Notes under the pieces: generated by a model
Seen by the model: the letters and a program-made list of their open reading frames with translations, nothing else
Databases searched by the model: none
What the model was told of the DNA's origin: nothing
Part shown: one piece after another, positions 1 through 8,569 of the stretch
How positions within the stretch are numbered: the first letter of the stretch is position 1
Layout: each line of letters starts with the position of its first letter
Position numbers and translations under genes: made by a program
Assembly: GCA_964249235.1 (NCBI GenBank)
Contig: CAXUBM010000001.1
Coordinates: 11 to 64,010, forward strand
Length of the DNA: 64,000 nucleotides
Direction: 5' to 3'
From: an uncultured Acetobacteraceae bacterium
GTDB lineage: Bacteria > Pseudomonadota > Alphaproteobacteria > Acetobacterales > Acetobacteraceae

Positions 1-16
1 CCCCCTTTTTTTTTTT

Positions 17-45
17 AATGATACGGCGACCACCGAGATCTACAC
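17..45. other. Illumina P5 flow-cell adapter (library/assembly artefact)
   Basis: Exact 29-nt AATGATACGGCGACCACCGAGATCTACAC, directly after a C5T11 homopolymer at the window start. Confidence 0.9.
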
Positions 46-415
46 CGCAGATCACGAACATCTCTCGTCTTTGTGCAGCAGCTTCTCGAAAACTGATGCA
101 CAAACCGTGCAGCAGACGATGACGGCGCACAATGCTTCCTCAGAGTAATTTTAGTTTCAGTTGTAGCCAACTCCGGTCGCGAAGAGCCACCAAAGCAGAC
201 TATCGATAATCTCCGCTTCGCTGGCCGGCAAACCGTGGAGGACTCCCGCACTGAACGATTTCGTCCGTAGCCGGAGCGTGGTAATCGTGACATCACAATG
301 AAACGATATTTCCAAAGTATGGTGCTCTCGAGCACCGGAACTTTTGACTCACACGGAGATAGCTGATCGACGTGCCGAGGGTTGAAGGTTATCAGCACAA
401 GAGGATACAACCCGC

Positions 416-700
416 ATGTTCCGGGTAAACAGAGTCAGGTCGGCTCTCTTGCCGATCGTTGCAGTCTCTCTGATGAGCTTTGGCTCGTCCACGGCGTTCG
501 GAGCGTCGTCCACGCAATCCGTACTGCTCGCGATGGATCCCAACATAGTCCTCGCTTACGGCGGTTGTGGACCTTACGGACATCGCGGCCCCGGCGGCTA
601 TTGCCGTCCCGGCGGTCGCCTGGGCGGCTACGTTCCTGGCCTCTCCTGCCCGCGCGGTTTTCACATTGGTCGTTACGGGCATCACTGTTGGCCGAACTGA
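416..700 (+). CDS. small secreted Gly/Cys-rich protein (GCG...CRP...CWPN type)
   Basis: 94 aa. Signal-peptide-like N-terminus (LLPIVAVSLMSFGSSTAFG/A). Mature part reads GGCGPYGHRGPGGYCRPGG...GHHCWPN. GAGGA lies ~10 nt upstream of the ATG. Confidence 0.5.
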   Translation: MFRVNRVRSALLPIVAVSLMSFGSSTAFGASSTQSVLLAMDPNIVLAYGGCGPYGHRGPGGYCRPGGRLGGYVPGLSCPRGFHIGRYGHHCWPN

Positions 701-832
701 TCGGACTGGCGAGGGTAGGGCTCCTAGAAGGTGGTTCGGAGTCTTACTGGACGCCGTCACCGGTAGCAGCTCACGCGCCTGTCTTACCAATCTCAGTTCC
801 CTCTAGCGTCTCTACGGAGAAGTGTCCCGCTT

Positions 833-1726
833 ATGGCCAATACCACGACGCACCGTATCGTAGATGATATCGCAGTTACCGTTCGCGCCCCCGCCGACAC
901 CTCGGAGAGTCCGATTATCATCCTGTGCCACGGGTTCTGTGGCATACAGGAGGTAATCCTACCCGATTTTGCGGACCGATTCGTCGCTGCAGGCTACACC
1001 GTGATCACCTTTGACTATCGCGGTTTTGGCTCAAGCTTCGGCGAACGTGGACGGTTGGCACCAGCAATGCAGATCCAGGACATCGTCTCCGTGATCGGGT
1101 GGGCGAAGGCGGAGTATGGTTGCGAGCAGGGGCGGATCGGCCTTTGGGGAACTTCGCTTGGCGGCTGCCATGTCATCGCGGCTGCCGCAAACAATCCAGA
1201 TATCGGTTGCGTCATCGCCCAGCTGCCGTTCGCCGACGGTGAGGAGCTCGTCCTCGGCACGTTGTCACTCGCGGAGAGGGCAGACTTCACCGCGACGTTG
1301 AAGAAGATGGAAGAAAAGCGTTCCTCTACTGGTAAGGAGCTGTTCGTCGGCATCACGCGCGTGCTCTCGGACGACGAGTCAAAGGCGTTCTTTGAGGCGA
1401 CTAAGGAGCAATTCCCGGCGATAGACGTGAAGATCCCTTTCCTTACCGTCCTGGAGACCATAAATTACAAACCCAAGTCATTCGCGGCCGCGGTGTCGTG
1501 TCCGGTCTTGGTGGTGGTGGCCGGGAAGGACACTGTAAACTCACCCGAGCAGGGCGTTGCACTCTACGAAGCAATCGGAGCGAGTCGGAAGTCTCTGCAT
1601 ATCGAGCAAGGAGCGCGCCACTACGACATCTACTCCGGCGTTCATTTCGAGATGATAGTCGCTCGTGAGACCGAATGGTTCCACGAGCATATCGGGGCTG
1701 GGATCGTCTCTCCACGTTCTGAGTAA
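833..1726 (+). CDS. alpha/beta hydrolase
   Basis: 297 aa. HGFCG motif, nucleophile elbow GTSLGG and a C-terminal His region (GARHYD). Confidence 0.8.
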   Translation: MANTTTHRIVDDIAVTVRAPADTSESPIIILCHGFCGIQEVILPDFADRFVAAGYTVITFDYRGFGSSFGERGRLAPAMQIQDIVSVIGWAKAEYGCEQGRIGLWGTSLGGCHVIAAAANNPDIGCVIAQLPFADGEELVLGTLSLAERADFTATLKKMEEKRSSTGKELFVGITRVLSDDESKAFFEATKEQFPAIDVKIPFLTVLETINYKPKSFAAAVSCPVLVVVAGKDTVNSPEQGVALYEAIGASRKSLHIEQGARHYDIYSGVHFEMIVARETEWFHEHIGAGIVSPRSE

Positions 1727-1739
1727 CTCGCAATGTGCA

Positions 1740-2224
1740 CGAACGCAGGATTGCACCTACGGACAGGTCGCCGAGACGGAGCGTCGAGGCGCGCGCTTGC
1801 AGATCGACGAGAACGCGCGAGCGGAACGTCGCATCGTGTGCACGCCGACGCTCTCCGACGATCTTGATTCGATGCACCGGGCAACCTGTGTGGCTGCCAC
1901 TGTGGCAGCCTCATCCGCTGTGAGTCATGCCTCGCAGCAGAGCTAAGCAGGCTTACTTTGCCAAGGCGGCGACACCGGGATGGATACCGGCTTGCTCGCA
2001 GGGCAAAGTGGAGCACCAGTCTCAGGATGAGCACCGGCTCGATCGTAAGGTCCGGATACACCGGCTTTCCGCCGGGCGTAGTCCGACGCGGTGCCTGCCA
2101 CTCTGCCAATATCGGCCTCGTCGAGTCGCAAGGTCAGATCGCCTCGCCGACGTAGCTCCGCCTCAGACTCGGGCCAATTCGTGACGACAACGCGCCTTTG
2201 GGATGCGGTGACGTCGGGCGGCAT
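1740..2224 (-). pseudogene. IS5-family transposase remnant (frameshifted, 3'-truncated)
   Basis: Transposase-like N-terminus VVVTNWPESEAELRRRGDLTLRLDEA. It continues in other frames as GGKPVYPDLTIEPVLILRLVLHFALR and IKIVGE... No intact ORF. Confidence 0.5.
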
Positions 2225-2322
2225 GGTGCTTGGACGGCATCCGGGGCCTCAGGCTATTGCCGGGCCTTTGTGCACCAGAGCCAGGGGTCTGGACTTGCTG
2301 TAGGCCAGTCGCGCGTTCTCGC

Positions 2323-3660
2323 TCACCCGATCGACGATCGAAACCGTGCGATCTCCTCCGGCCGGTTGATGAGCGCGACACATGCCGCTTCGAGCTCATC
2401 GAGTGTCTTGGCCTTCACCATCGCGCGGCGAATCAGTAGCGGCGCAATCGGCCCAAGGATCTGCGCGAGCGCCCTGGTATAAGCGATCTCGTCATCGGCG
2501 GTGATGCTGCGCGGCAATGATGCCGAGGATGGCGAGCCTTTCGACCTCAGCGCGCGAAGCGCACCGTCGGCGGCGACAATCCCGAGGAGGCCCTTGCGCA
2601 GATCCTCCCGTTCCTCTCCCGCCGGAACGAATTCGGCAATCAGCTGGCAGAGCTCTTCGGGAGAGCTCGCCTTGCTCATCGTCCGACGAAGATGGTGCCT
2701 AGCCACCGGTCCGACGTAAAAGGCGAGTCGCCGCTCGATGGTCGCGATCGATTTCGGCTCAAGCGCGCCGAGCTCGCTCGCCCCTTCGGTCATGCGGCGT
2801 GCCGAAGGCATCACGATCGTGGCGTCCACCTCGGCGCCGGAGAATGCGAGACGCAGCGCGTCCGCCATGGCGCGGGCATTGCCGAAGCGGTCGTCGGCGC
2901 GCTTGGCAAGTGCCATCTCGACGACCCCCACGAGTGCCGCCGGCAGATCGGGCCTTAGTTCGCGCAACTTTGTCGGCGTGTCGTGGAGCACCCTGTGCGT
3001 AGTGGCGACATAGTTTTCGGCAGCGAACGCACGCTGGCCGGACAGAGCCTCGTAGAGGACGCAGCCGAGCGAGAACAGGTCGGAGCGGGCGTCGATGGCG
3101 CCGCCAAGGCACTGCTCTGGAGACATGTAGCAAGGCGTGCCGACCAGCACCGAGCTCATGGTCGCGTCCGAGGCGAGCGCGCGGGAGATGCCGAAATCGG
3201 TGACCTTGGTTTCGGATTCCGCACTCAGCAGGATGTTGGCCGGTTTGATGTCACGGTGAACGATGCCGAAATCATGCGCATAGGCGAGGGCGCCGAGGAC
3301 CTGCAGCATCGTGCGTTCGACCGTCGGCAGGTCGAGAGACGTGCCGCGGCTGATGTGGCGGCCGAGATGCACACCGTCGACATATTCGAGCACCAGGAAC
3401 GGGCTACCCTCGTGGACGGAGAAGTCGTAGATGCCGACGATGTTCGGATGGATGCAGCGACCGACCATCTTGGCTTCGTTGCGGAACCGGGCGATATAGT
3501 GGGCGCGGTCGTCGCCGTCGAGTAGATCGGTGCGGACGAGCTTGATCGCTACAGTGCGATCGATGTCTGGATCGTGAGCCTTGAAGACCACGCCCATCGC
3601 ACCGCGGCCGAGAAGTCCTTCGACACGAAATTTGCCGATATGATCGGGGCTACCCGCCAT
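2323..3660 (-). CDS. Hanks-type Ser/Thr protein kinase, soluble, T6SS-associated
   Basis: 445 aa. Motifs GRGAMGVV, AIK, HRDIKPANILL, DFG and SPE. No hydrophobic TM stretch. The C-terminus holds two ~55-aa repeats. Last gene of the tssA-tssG operon. Confidence 0.9.
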   Translation of the reverse strand: MAGSPDHIGKFRVEGLLGRGAMGVVFKAHDPDIDRTVAIKLVRTDLLDGDDRAHYIARFRNEAKMVGRCIHPNIVGIYDFSVHEGSPFLVLEYVDGVHLGRHISRGTSLDLPTVERTMLQVLGALAYAHDFGIVHRDIKPANILLSAESETKVTDFGISRALASDATMSSVLVGTPCYMSPEQCLGGAIDARSDLFSLGCVLYEALSGQRAFAAENYVATTHRVLHDTPTKLRELRPDLPAALVGVVEMALAKRADDRFGNARAMADALRLAFSGAEVDATIVMPSARRMTEGASELGALEPKSIATIERRLAFYVGPVARHHLRRTMSKASSPEELCQLIAEFVPAGEEREDLRKGLLGIVAADGALRALRSKGSPSSASLPRSITADDEIAYTRALAQILGPIAPLLIRRAMVKAKTLDELEAACVALINRPEEIARFRSSIG

Positions 3661-3669
3661 CGCGCGTCG

Positions 3670-4539
3670 CTACTCCTCCAGCAGACGGAAGGCGGCGACG
3701 AGACTGCGTCGCATCCGATTGAAGGACAGCGCCAGGGAGCCGATCTCGTCGTTCGAGCGACCACTGAATTCGGGAACGTCAAGGTTGCCGAGACTGACCT
3801 CGTCAGCGGTCCTGGAGATGGAGCGAACGGGCGCGATGATAAAGACGTGAAGCATCAAGTTCAGTAACACCAGCATAACCGCAAACACCACTGCGAGCGC
3901 GACCATAGTTCTGTAGAGGCTGCTCCGCGCGCGCGCAAACGCCACGTGTTCGGGCACTGAGACGATCTCGGCGCCGACGATCGCGCCCGGCTTCCAGCCG
4001 AAGCCGTTGGCGCTCCCGTAGGCGTCGATCATCGAGAGCGGCGCTGCCAGCGGAGTGGAGTGGCAGGCCAGGCATTGGGTGCCGACCCTGACCGGCTCGG
4101 ACAGTGACAGGACGCCGCCCGCCTCGGTGCGTCGCTCGGTCACCAGAGAGGGCAGGCTCGGCCTTGCCTTGAAGGATTCGATGATCGCGGTCTCCCAAGG
4201 CTCCGGCCGATCCGATGGATTGGTTGGGTTCTCGGCCGGCTGGCGGAACGTGTAGTCAGGACGCTCCTTCGACACCGCATTGAACGTCTGCTGTGCCGCG
4301 AAGAATGGGACCGCTTGCGGGATGAACTGCACCTTCATCGGCCGCGCGAGCAGCGGCGAGATCTGGACATCGGTGTAGTGGATCGTGGCGTTCACTTCGT
4401 CCATCATGATCCCCGCCTCAGACAGGACTGCGCGCTTAGCCGTGATCTGGCTCAGCGAGTCGACGAAGATCGTTGCCAAAACCAGACCGATGCCTAACGC
4501 CGCGATCATCACCAGGTTGAACTTGATCTTGAGTGTCAT
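3670..4539 (-). CDS. two-TM sensor-like protein: periplasmic DUF3365/Tll0287-like haem-c domain plus cytoplasmic HAMP, no output domain
   Basis: Start re-set to MTLKIKF (ATG at 4539). TM1 is LVMIAALGIGLVLATIFV. CxxCH site is CLACH. TM2 is MVALAVVFAVMLVLLNLMLHVFII. HAMP-like stretch is APVRSI...NDEIGSLALSFNRM. Confidence 0.8.
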   Translation of the reverse strand: MTLKIKFNLVMIAALGIGLVLATIFVDSLSQITAKRAVLSEAGIMMDEVNATIHYTDVQISPLLARPMKVQFIPQAVPFFAAQQTFNAVSKERPDYTFRQPAENPTNPSDRPEPWETAIIESFKARPSLPSLVTERRTEAGGVLSLSEPVRVGTQCLACHSTPLAAPLSMIDAYGSANGFGWKPGAIVGAEIVSVPEHVAFARARSSLYRTMVALAVVFAVMLVLLNLMLHVFIIAPVRSISRTADEVSLGNLDVPEFSGRSNDEIGSLALSFNRMRRSLVAAFRLLEE

Positions 4540-4549
4540 AAAAACGCCC

Positions 4550-5701
4550 TCAAGGATTGAGCAATCGCACGATCTCGATCTGACCGAGCACGCCGCTGGG
4601 CGGTTCTCCGAGCGACGCTTGGAAATGGCGGATCGCCGCGGTGGTCGCCGCGTCCATCTCACCGTTGGCCGGGCCGGCATAAAGGCCGCGCCGCGCCAGC
4701 GCGGCCTGAATGCGTGCGAGCCTCGGGTTGGGGGGGGCGGCCACTGACGGCCGGCTTTCGCCGTGCTGACGGGCGTGGACCGGCCACGTGGAACTTGCCT
4801 TCTTCCGCGCTTGCGTTGGGCTGGTCGGCCGTGCGGCTTGCGTCGTGGTCGGATTTTGCGCCGATGCGTGGCCGTCGGTCGAATTGTTGGCGCCCGACGC
4901 TGCTGGCTCGGCCGGCATCAACGGCGGCATGGGCGGCGGTGCGGCCGGAACAATCCGGTTTCGGATCGACGCGACCGGCTCCGTCACGTGTTCGGACGGG
5001 ACCGCCGACGGTTCTGGCGCGGGGAGGAACACGGTCGAAGCCCGGTTGCTCAGGCCCGGTCGCGAGGACAAGGCGGCGACGGTTGACGACCAGTCGGCGA
5101 TCGGGACGGACGGATCAGCCAATCCACGTCCAAGTGCGGCCGGTTTCCCGTCGGATGCGCTGATCGACAGCGCGAGATGCAGACCGGCGGGCAGGCGCTG
5201 ATCGGATCGCTGAATGCGTGCGCCGGGGACAGGGGAGAAATCGGCGTAGAGCGCGCCGGTCGAGCCGCCGATCGCGTTCAGCATAGCCTGGAGCACGACC
5301 CCCTGTGTTTCTGGGTCGACCGGACGGTCGACATCGATGTCGGTCGGCAGGACGAAGATGCGGCCGCCGACCGCGATCGCGTCCGAACAGACATAGACCA
5401 GCGTTGCGCCGTTCCTGTCGGACAGATTGGCCGCAAACGTGTCGAGCCCGGCGCGGAGTTCGATTCCGGTCGGGTCGAGCAGCGTCGTCACCAACCAGCC
5501 CTGCCCGCGAAGCCGCTCGCCGACCCTGCCGGCAGCCTCGACACAGGAGCTGTCGTGCGGGCGGCCCTGATAAGCGCTGTCCCCGATGACCATTGCGCTG
5601 CCTGCCTGCGCCGCTGCCGCGGCGCGCAGCGCGGTCGGCACGGCAAGGAGCCCGAGCATGACGGACAGCGCCACCGTGCGACCGGATCTCACGACAGGCA
5701 C
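4550..5701 (-). CDS. periplasmic caspase-like (degenerate) protein with C-terminal peptidoglycan-binding domain
   Basis: 383 aa. Signal peptide, then a caspase-family opening MVIGDSAYQG. Long P/A/S/T-rich linker. C-terminal PG_binding_1-like stretch RIQAALARRGLYAGPANGEMDAATTAAIRHFQ. Confidence 0.7.
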   Translation of the reverse strand: MPVVRSGRTVALSVMLGLLAVPTALRAAAAAQAGSAMVIGDSAYQGRPHDSSCVEAAGRVGERLRGQGWLVTTLLDPTGIELRAGLDTFAANLSDRNGATLVYVCSDAIAVGGRIFVLPTDIDVDRPVDPETQGVVLQAMLNAIGGSTGALYADFSPVPGARIQRSDQRLPAGLHLALSISASDGKPAALGRGLADPSVPIADWSSTVAALSSRPGLSNRASTVFLPAPEPSAVPSEHVTEPVASIRNRIVPAAPPPMPPLMPAEPAASGANNSTDGHASAQNPTTTQAARPTSPTQARKKASSTWPVHARQHGESRPSVAAPPNPRLARIQAALARRGLYAGPANGEMDAATTAAIRHFQASLGEPPSGVLGQIEIVRLLNP

Positions 5702-6750
5702 CCGCTCGGGCAGATGTCGCGCGCGTCAAATAAGGCGTCTGCCGCATCCTCTTGCCTCGCGCTGGTCGGCAGCCACATGTTCCAGCCGAGGCTCGGCGCC
5801 GCGGCGCTCCGGAGGGCCGGCTTCGGCACCTCCTCGGCGGCAAGAATAGGGTTGACCGCGAAGCCGATCTGCTCGTCGAGAAAGGCGCGAACAAAAGCGA
5901 CGATGCGGTCGAGCAAGTGCCGTCCGGGCAGCATCGCCTCGAACGCGGCGCGGGGCCGCGGGCCGACACTACGCACGACGCGGGAGTGGATGGCCCCGGG
6001 GCGCGCGCCGGCGGCGGTGTCGACGCCGAGCCGGTTGAACTGCCCGGGCTCGATGCCGCTGGGCAGCGCGCTCATCTGATCAGGATCGAGTTCGAGCCAC
6101 GCACCGCAGAACTGCTCGACCTGCACCTCGCGTCCGAGCCAGTCCGAAAGGATCGCTTGGAGCCGGTCGGCCGAACGCGGCTCGGTCGCGAACGCGCCGG
6201 CATAGAACAGCAGCGGATCGGGACCGATCGCAACGCGTGCGGCGGACTCGCGCGAGCCGTAGCCGGCAAGTGCGAGTATCGCGTCCCGCATGCCAAAGCG
6301 GCGGCCGCCGGGCCCGGCGAGCGCGTCAGCATTAGCGGCTTGGTGCGGCCGGTACTTGATTGCTGCATCGGCGAACTGCGCGATGGGGCGCTGTGCCAGC
6401 AGGTCGAGAAAATCGCCCAGCCCGCCGGCCCGGCCGCGCCGCTCGCCGATTGCGTGCTCGCTATAAACGCGTGGCAGGGTGCCGGCCGGACCGACCAGGC
6501 CAAGCAGGCCAACGGTGGCGTGGAAGCCGTCGCTGTCGGGTGCGACGGACAGCACGTCCGAGGCGACGAAGGCCAGCCCGGTCGGGGCGACGAAGCGGAT
6601 CGCGTCGCCCGGATCCCCCTTGCCGGCCAGGCGCATCATCACTGCGATTGCCGCATCGAAGGAGAAGCGCGACGGCTCGGCAAGGAGCGTCTCGCGCAAG
6701 GAGCAAGGCGGCGACCGTTGCGCAGCGAAGGTCTCGGGACGCGCGCTCAC
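5689..6750 (-). CDS. tssG: type VI secretion baseplate protein TssG (ImpH)
   Basis: Start re-set to the GTG that overlaps the tssF TGA (GTGA). TssG-like stretch LLAEPSRFSFDAAIAVMMRL...LGLVGPAGTLPRVYSE. Confidence 0.85.
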   Translation of the reverse strand: MSARPETFAAQRSPPCSLRETLLAEPSRFSFDAAIAVMMRLAGKGDPGDAIRFVAPTGLAFVASDVLSVAPDSDGFHATVGLLGLVGPAGTLPRVYSEHAIGERRGRAGGLGDFLDLLAQRPIAQFADAAIKYRPHQAANADALAGPGGRRFGMRDAILALAGYGSRESAARVAIGPDPLLFYAGAFATEPRSADRLQAILSDWLGREVQVEQFCGAWLELDPDQMSALPSGIEPGQFNRLGVDTAAGARPGAIHSRVVRSVGPRPRAAFEAMLPGRHLLDRIVAFVRAFLDEQIGFAVNPILAAEEVPKPALRSAAAPSLGWNMWLPTSARQEDAADALFDARDICPSGCLS

Positions 6751-8567
6751 AACAGCACGCGTGCGCCGGCACGCGCCGGAAAGCGGGCGACGTGTCCAGA
6801 GCGTCCGCGCAGCGTCGCCGCCGTGCGGACGTACGCGTTGATTGTGACGTGCAGTGCCAGGAAGCGCTCCAGCACCGAGGCGAGCAAGAAAAGTCCGCCG
6901 CTCTCCCAAGTGACGGCATCGAACTCGATTGCTACGTCGATGCCGCGGCAGAAGGCGCCCGGCCGGGCCCCGGGCACGCGGGCGGTGGATTGATTGGAGC
7001 GGACATCGAGCAGTCCGTCGATCGCGGCCCGCGTCTCGACGCTGTCGCGAACGTCGTAGAGGCGCAGGACCTCGCGCAGGCCGCCGGCACCGGTCTCGCC
7101 CGCGACGATCGACGCACGGCCGAGCGAAAGGTGCGAGATCAATCGCCAACTGCGGCGCTCGCGCAGCGACGGCCGCCAGGATGGCGTCGGCGCGGTCAGG
7201 CAGCGGATCGTGTCGACCGAGCCGATGCCGTCGGCGAGGTGGAGTGCCGGTTGGCCGCCGCCGAACGGAAGCTGCGACGGCAGATCGCGGTTGGAGCAGA
7301 TTGCGTCGATCGACAGGACAGCGTCGGCCGGTCGGTCGGCCGAGAAAAGCGGGTCAAAGGGTGCCAGGAAGACGTCCGTTCCAGCCGCCGAGCCCGCGCT
7401 GTCGCGACGCACGGCGGTGAACATGCCGGCGGCGTCGGCGCCGGCGTGGTCGGCCGGATGGCGGTAGAACGGCCGCCACGGCCGCATCGAGCCGTCGTCG
7501 CGCATCTCGCGCACGCGGTCGATGCTCCAGACTTCGTAGGAATGCGCCCGACGATTGTCGGGCACGACCTGGTACTCGGTCTTCCGGTGATCCAGGCGGA
7601 TCGGCTCGCACTGGTGGGAGAAAAGGTTGACAATCGGCGTGCAGCCGATCGCGAGACAGTCAGGCTGCAGTCGCCGTTCGAGTTCGGGCGCGGCCACGTC
7701 GAAGTAGACGAAGATCTCAAGCCGGTTGCCCTCACAGATCATCGTGCGCGCGTCGAGACCGGTCAGGTCGACGAACAGGAACTTCTCTGGCAGGGCGAAA
7801 TACTCGGTCAGCAACCTGAAGCCGGAGAATGAGCGCGCCGGCCACGGATATAGCGCCTCTTCCGGCGCGAAGCCGGCTGGCTGGACGCAGGCGGCGGGAA
7901 GCGGCGTTGGCCGGTCGTCGTTTGGGCCGTCGGCGACTGCGACGCCGATCGTGTGCGCACACAGGAGCTCGTGCAGGCGCAGGCTCTGCTCACCGGGACC
8001 GCGCAGGAACACGCGTAACTCGCCGAGCCCGAGCTCGGCAAAGGTCGCGTTCGGGTCGGCCAGCTGCAGGACGATGCGCAGGCTGCTTCGCGCGCCCGAC
8101 GCGGCTGGGTGGACCGGTGCGACCAGCGGCAAGCCGGTCAGCCTGACGCTCTGGATTGACGCCGGCCATAGCTTGGTGGTGTAGGCGGTCTGGAAACGGC
8201 ACGGCTCGCCGCGGACCGGATCGGTCCTGAGCGCGGTGCCGGCGGGCACCACGATCGGCACGCGCATGTCGGGCTTGCAGGTGAACTGCGCGATCGCCGC
8301 CGACGGCACCGGCGCCAGGTAGTGCGGGTAGAGCACGCCGAGCATGGCGTCAGTCAGTTCGGGGAACTCGTCGTCCAGCCGCTGCTGGGCGCGGGCGGAC
8401 AGAAAGGCGACACCCTCGAGCAGCCGCTCAACATGCGGGTCGTCGACGGTCTCGGGGGTGAGCCGCAGCCGTCCCGCGATCTTCGGGTGAGTTTCGGCGA
8501 ACTGGCCGGCGAGGCGGCGCAGCGCGTCGAGCTCGCTGTTGTAGTGCGTCAGCAGCCGATCGGACAC
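6747..8567 (-). CDS. tssF: type VI secretion baseplate protein TssF (ImpG)
   Basis: 606 aa. N-terminus MSDRLLTHYNSELDALRRLAGQFAETHPKIAGRL is typical of TssF. Confidence 0.9.
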   Translation of the reverse strand: MSDRLLTHYNSELDALRRLAGQFAETHPKIAGRLRLTPETVDDPHVERLLEGVAFLSARAQQRLDDEFPELTDAMLGVLYPHYLAPVPSAAIAQFTCKPDMRVPIVVPAGTALRTDPVRGEPCRFQTAYTTKLWPASIQSVRLTGLPLVAPVHPAASGARSSLRIVLQLADPNATFAELGLGELRVFLRGPGEQSLRLHELLCAHTIGVAVADGPNDDRPTPLPAACVQPAGFAPEEALYPWPARSFSGFRLLTEYFALPEKFLFVDLTGLDARTMICEGNRLEIFVYFDVAAPELERRLQPDCLAIGCTPIVNLFSHQCEPIRLDHRKTEYQVVPDNRRAHSYEVWSIDRVREMRDDGSMRPWRPFYRHPADHAGADAAGMFTAVRRDSAGSAAGTDVFLAPFDPLFSADRPADAVLSIDAICSNRDLPSQLPFGGGQPALHLADGIGSVDTIRCLTAPTPSWRPSLRERRSWRLISHLSLGRASIVAGETGAGGLREVLRLYDVRDSVETRAAIDGLLDVRSNQSTARVPGARPGAFCRGIDVAIEFDAVTWESGGLFLLASVLERFLALHVTINAYVRTAATLRGRSGHVARFPARAGARVLL

Positions 8568-8569
8568 GC

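Noticed and set aside
15-410. 131-aa minus-strand ORF at the left edge.
   Set aside because: It reads through the Illumina adapter and homopolymer run. It has no motif and lies in a region that is possibly chimeric.
5752-7832. Long plus-strand ORFs (5752-6993, 413 aa; 6360-7832, 490 aa) opposite tssG and tssF.
   Set aside because: They are Arg/Ala/Gly/Pro-rich low-complexity translations with no motifs. They are fully antisense to genes with clear TssF/TssG signatures. These are typical shadow ORFs of high-GC DNA.
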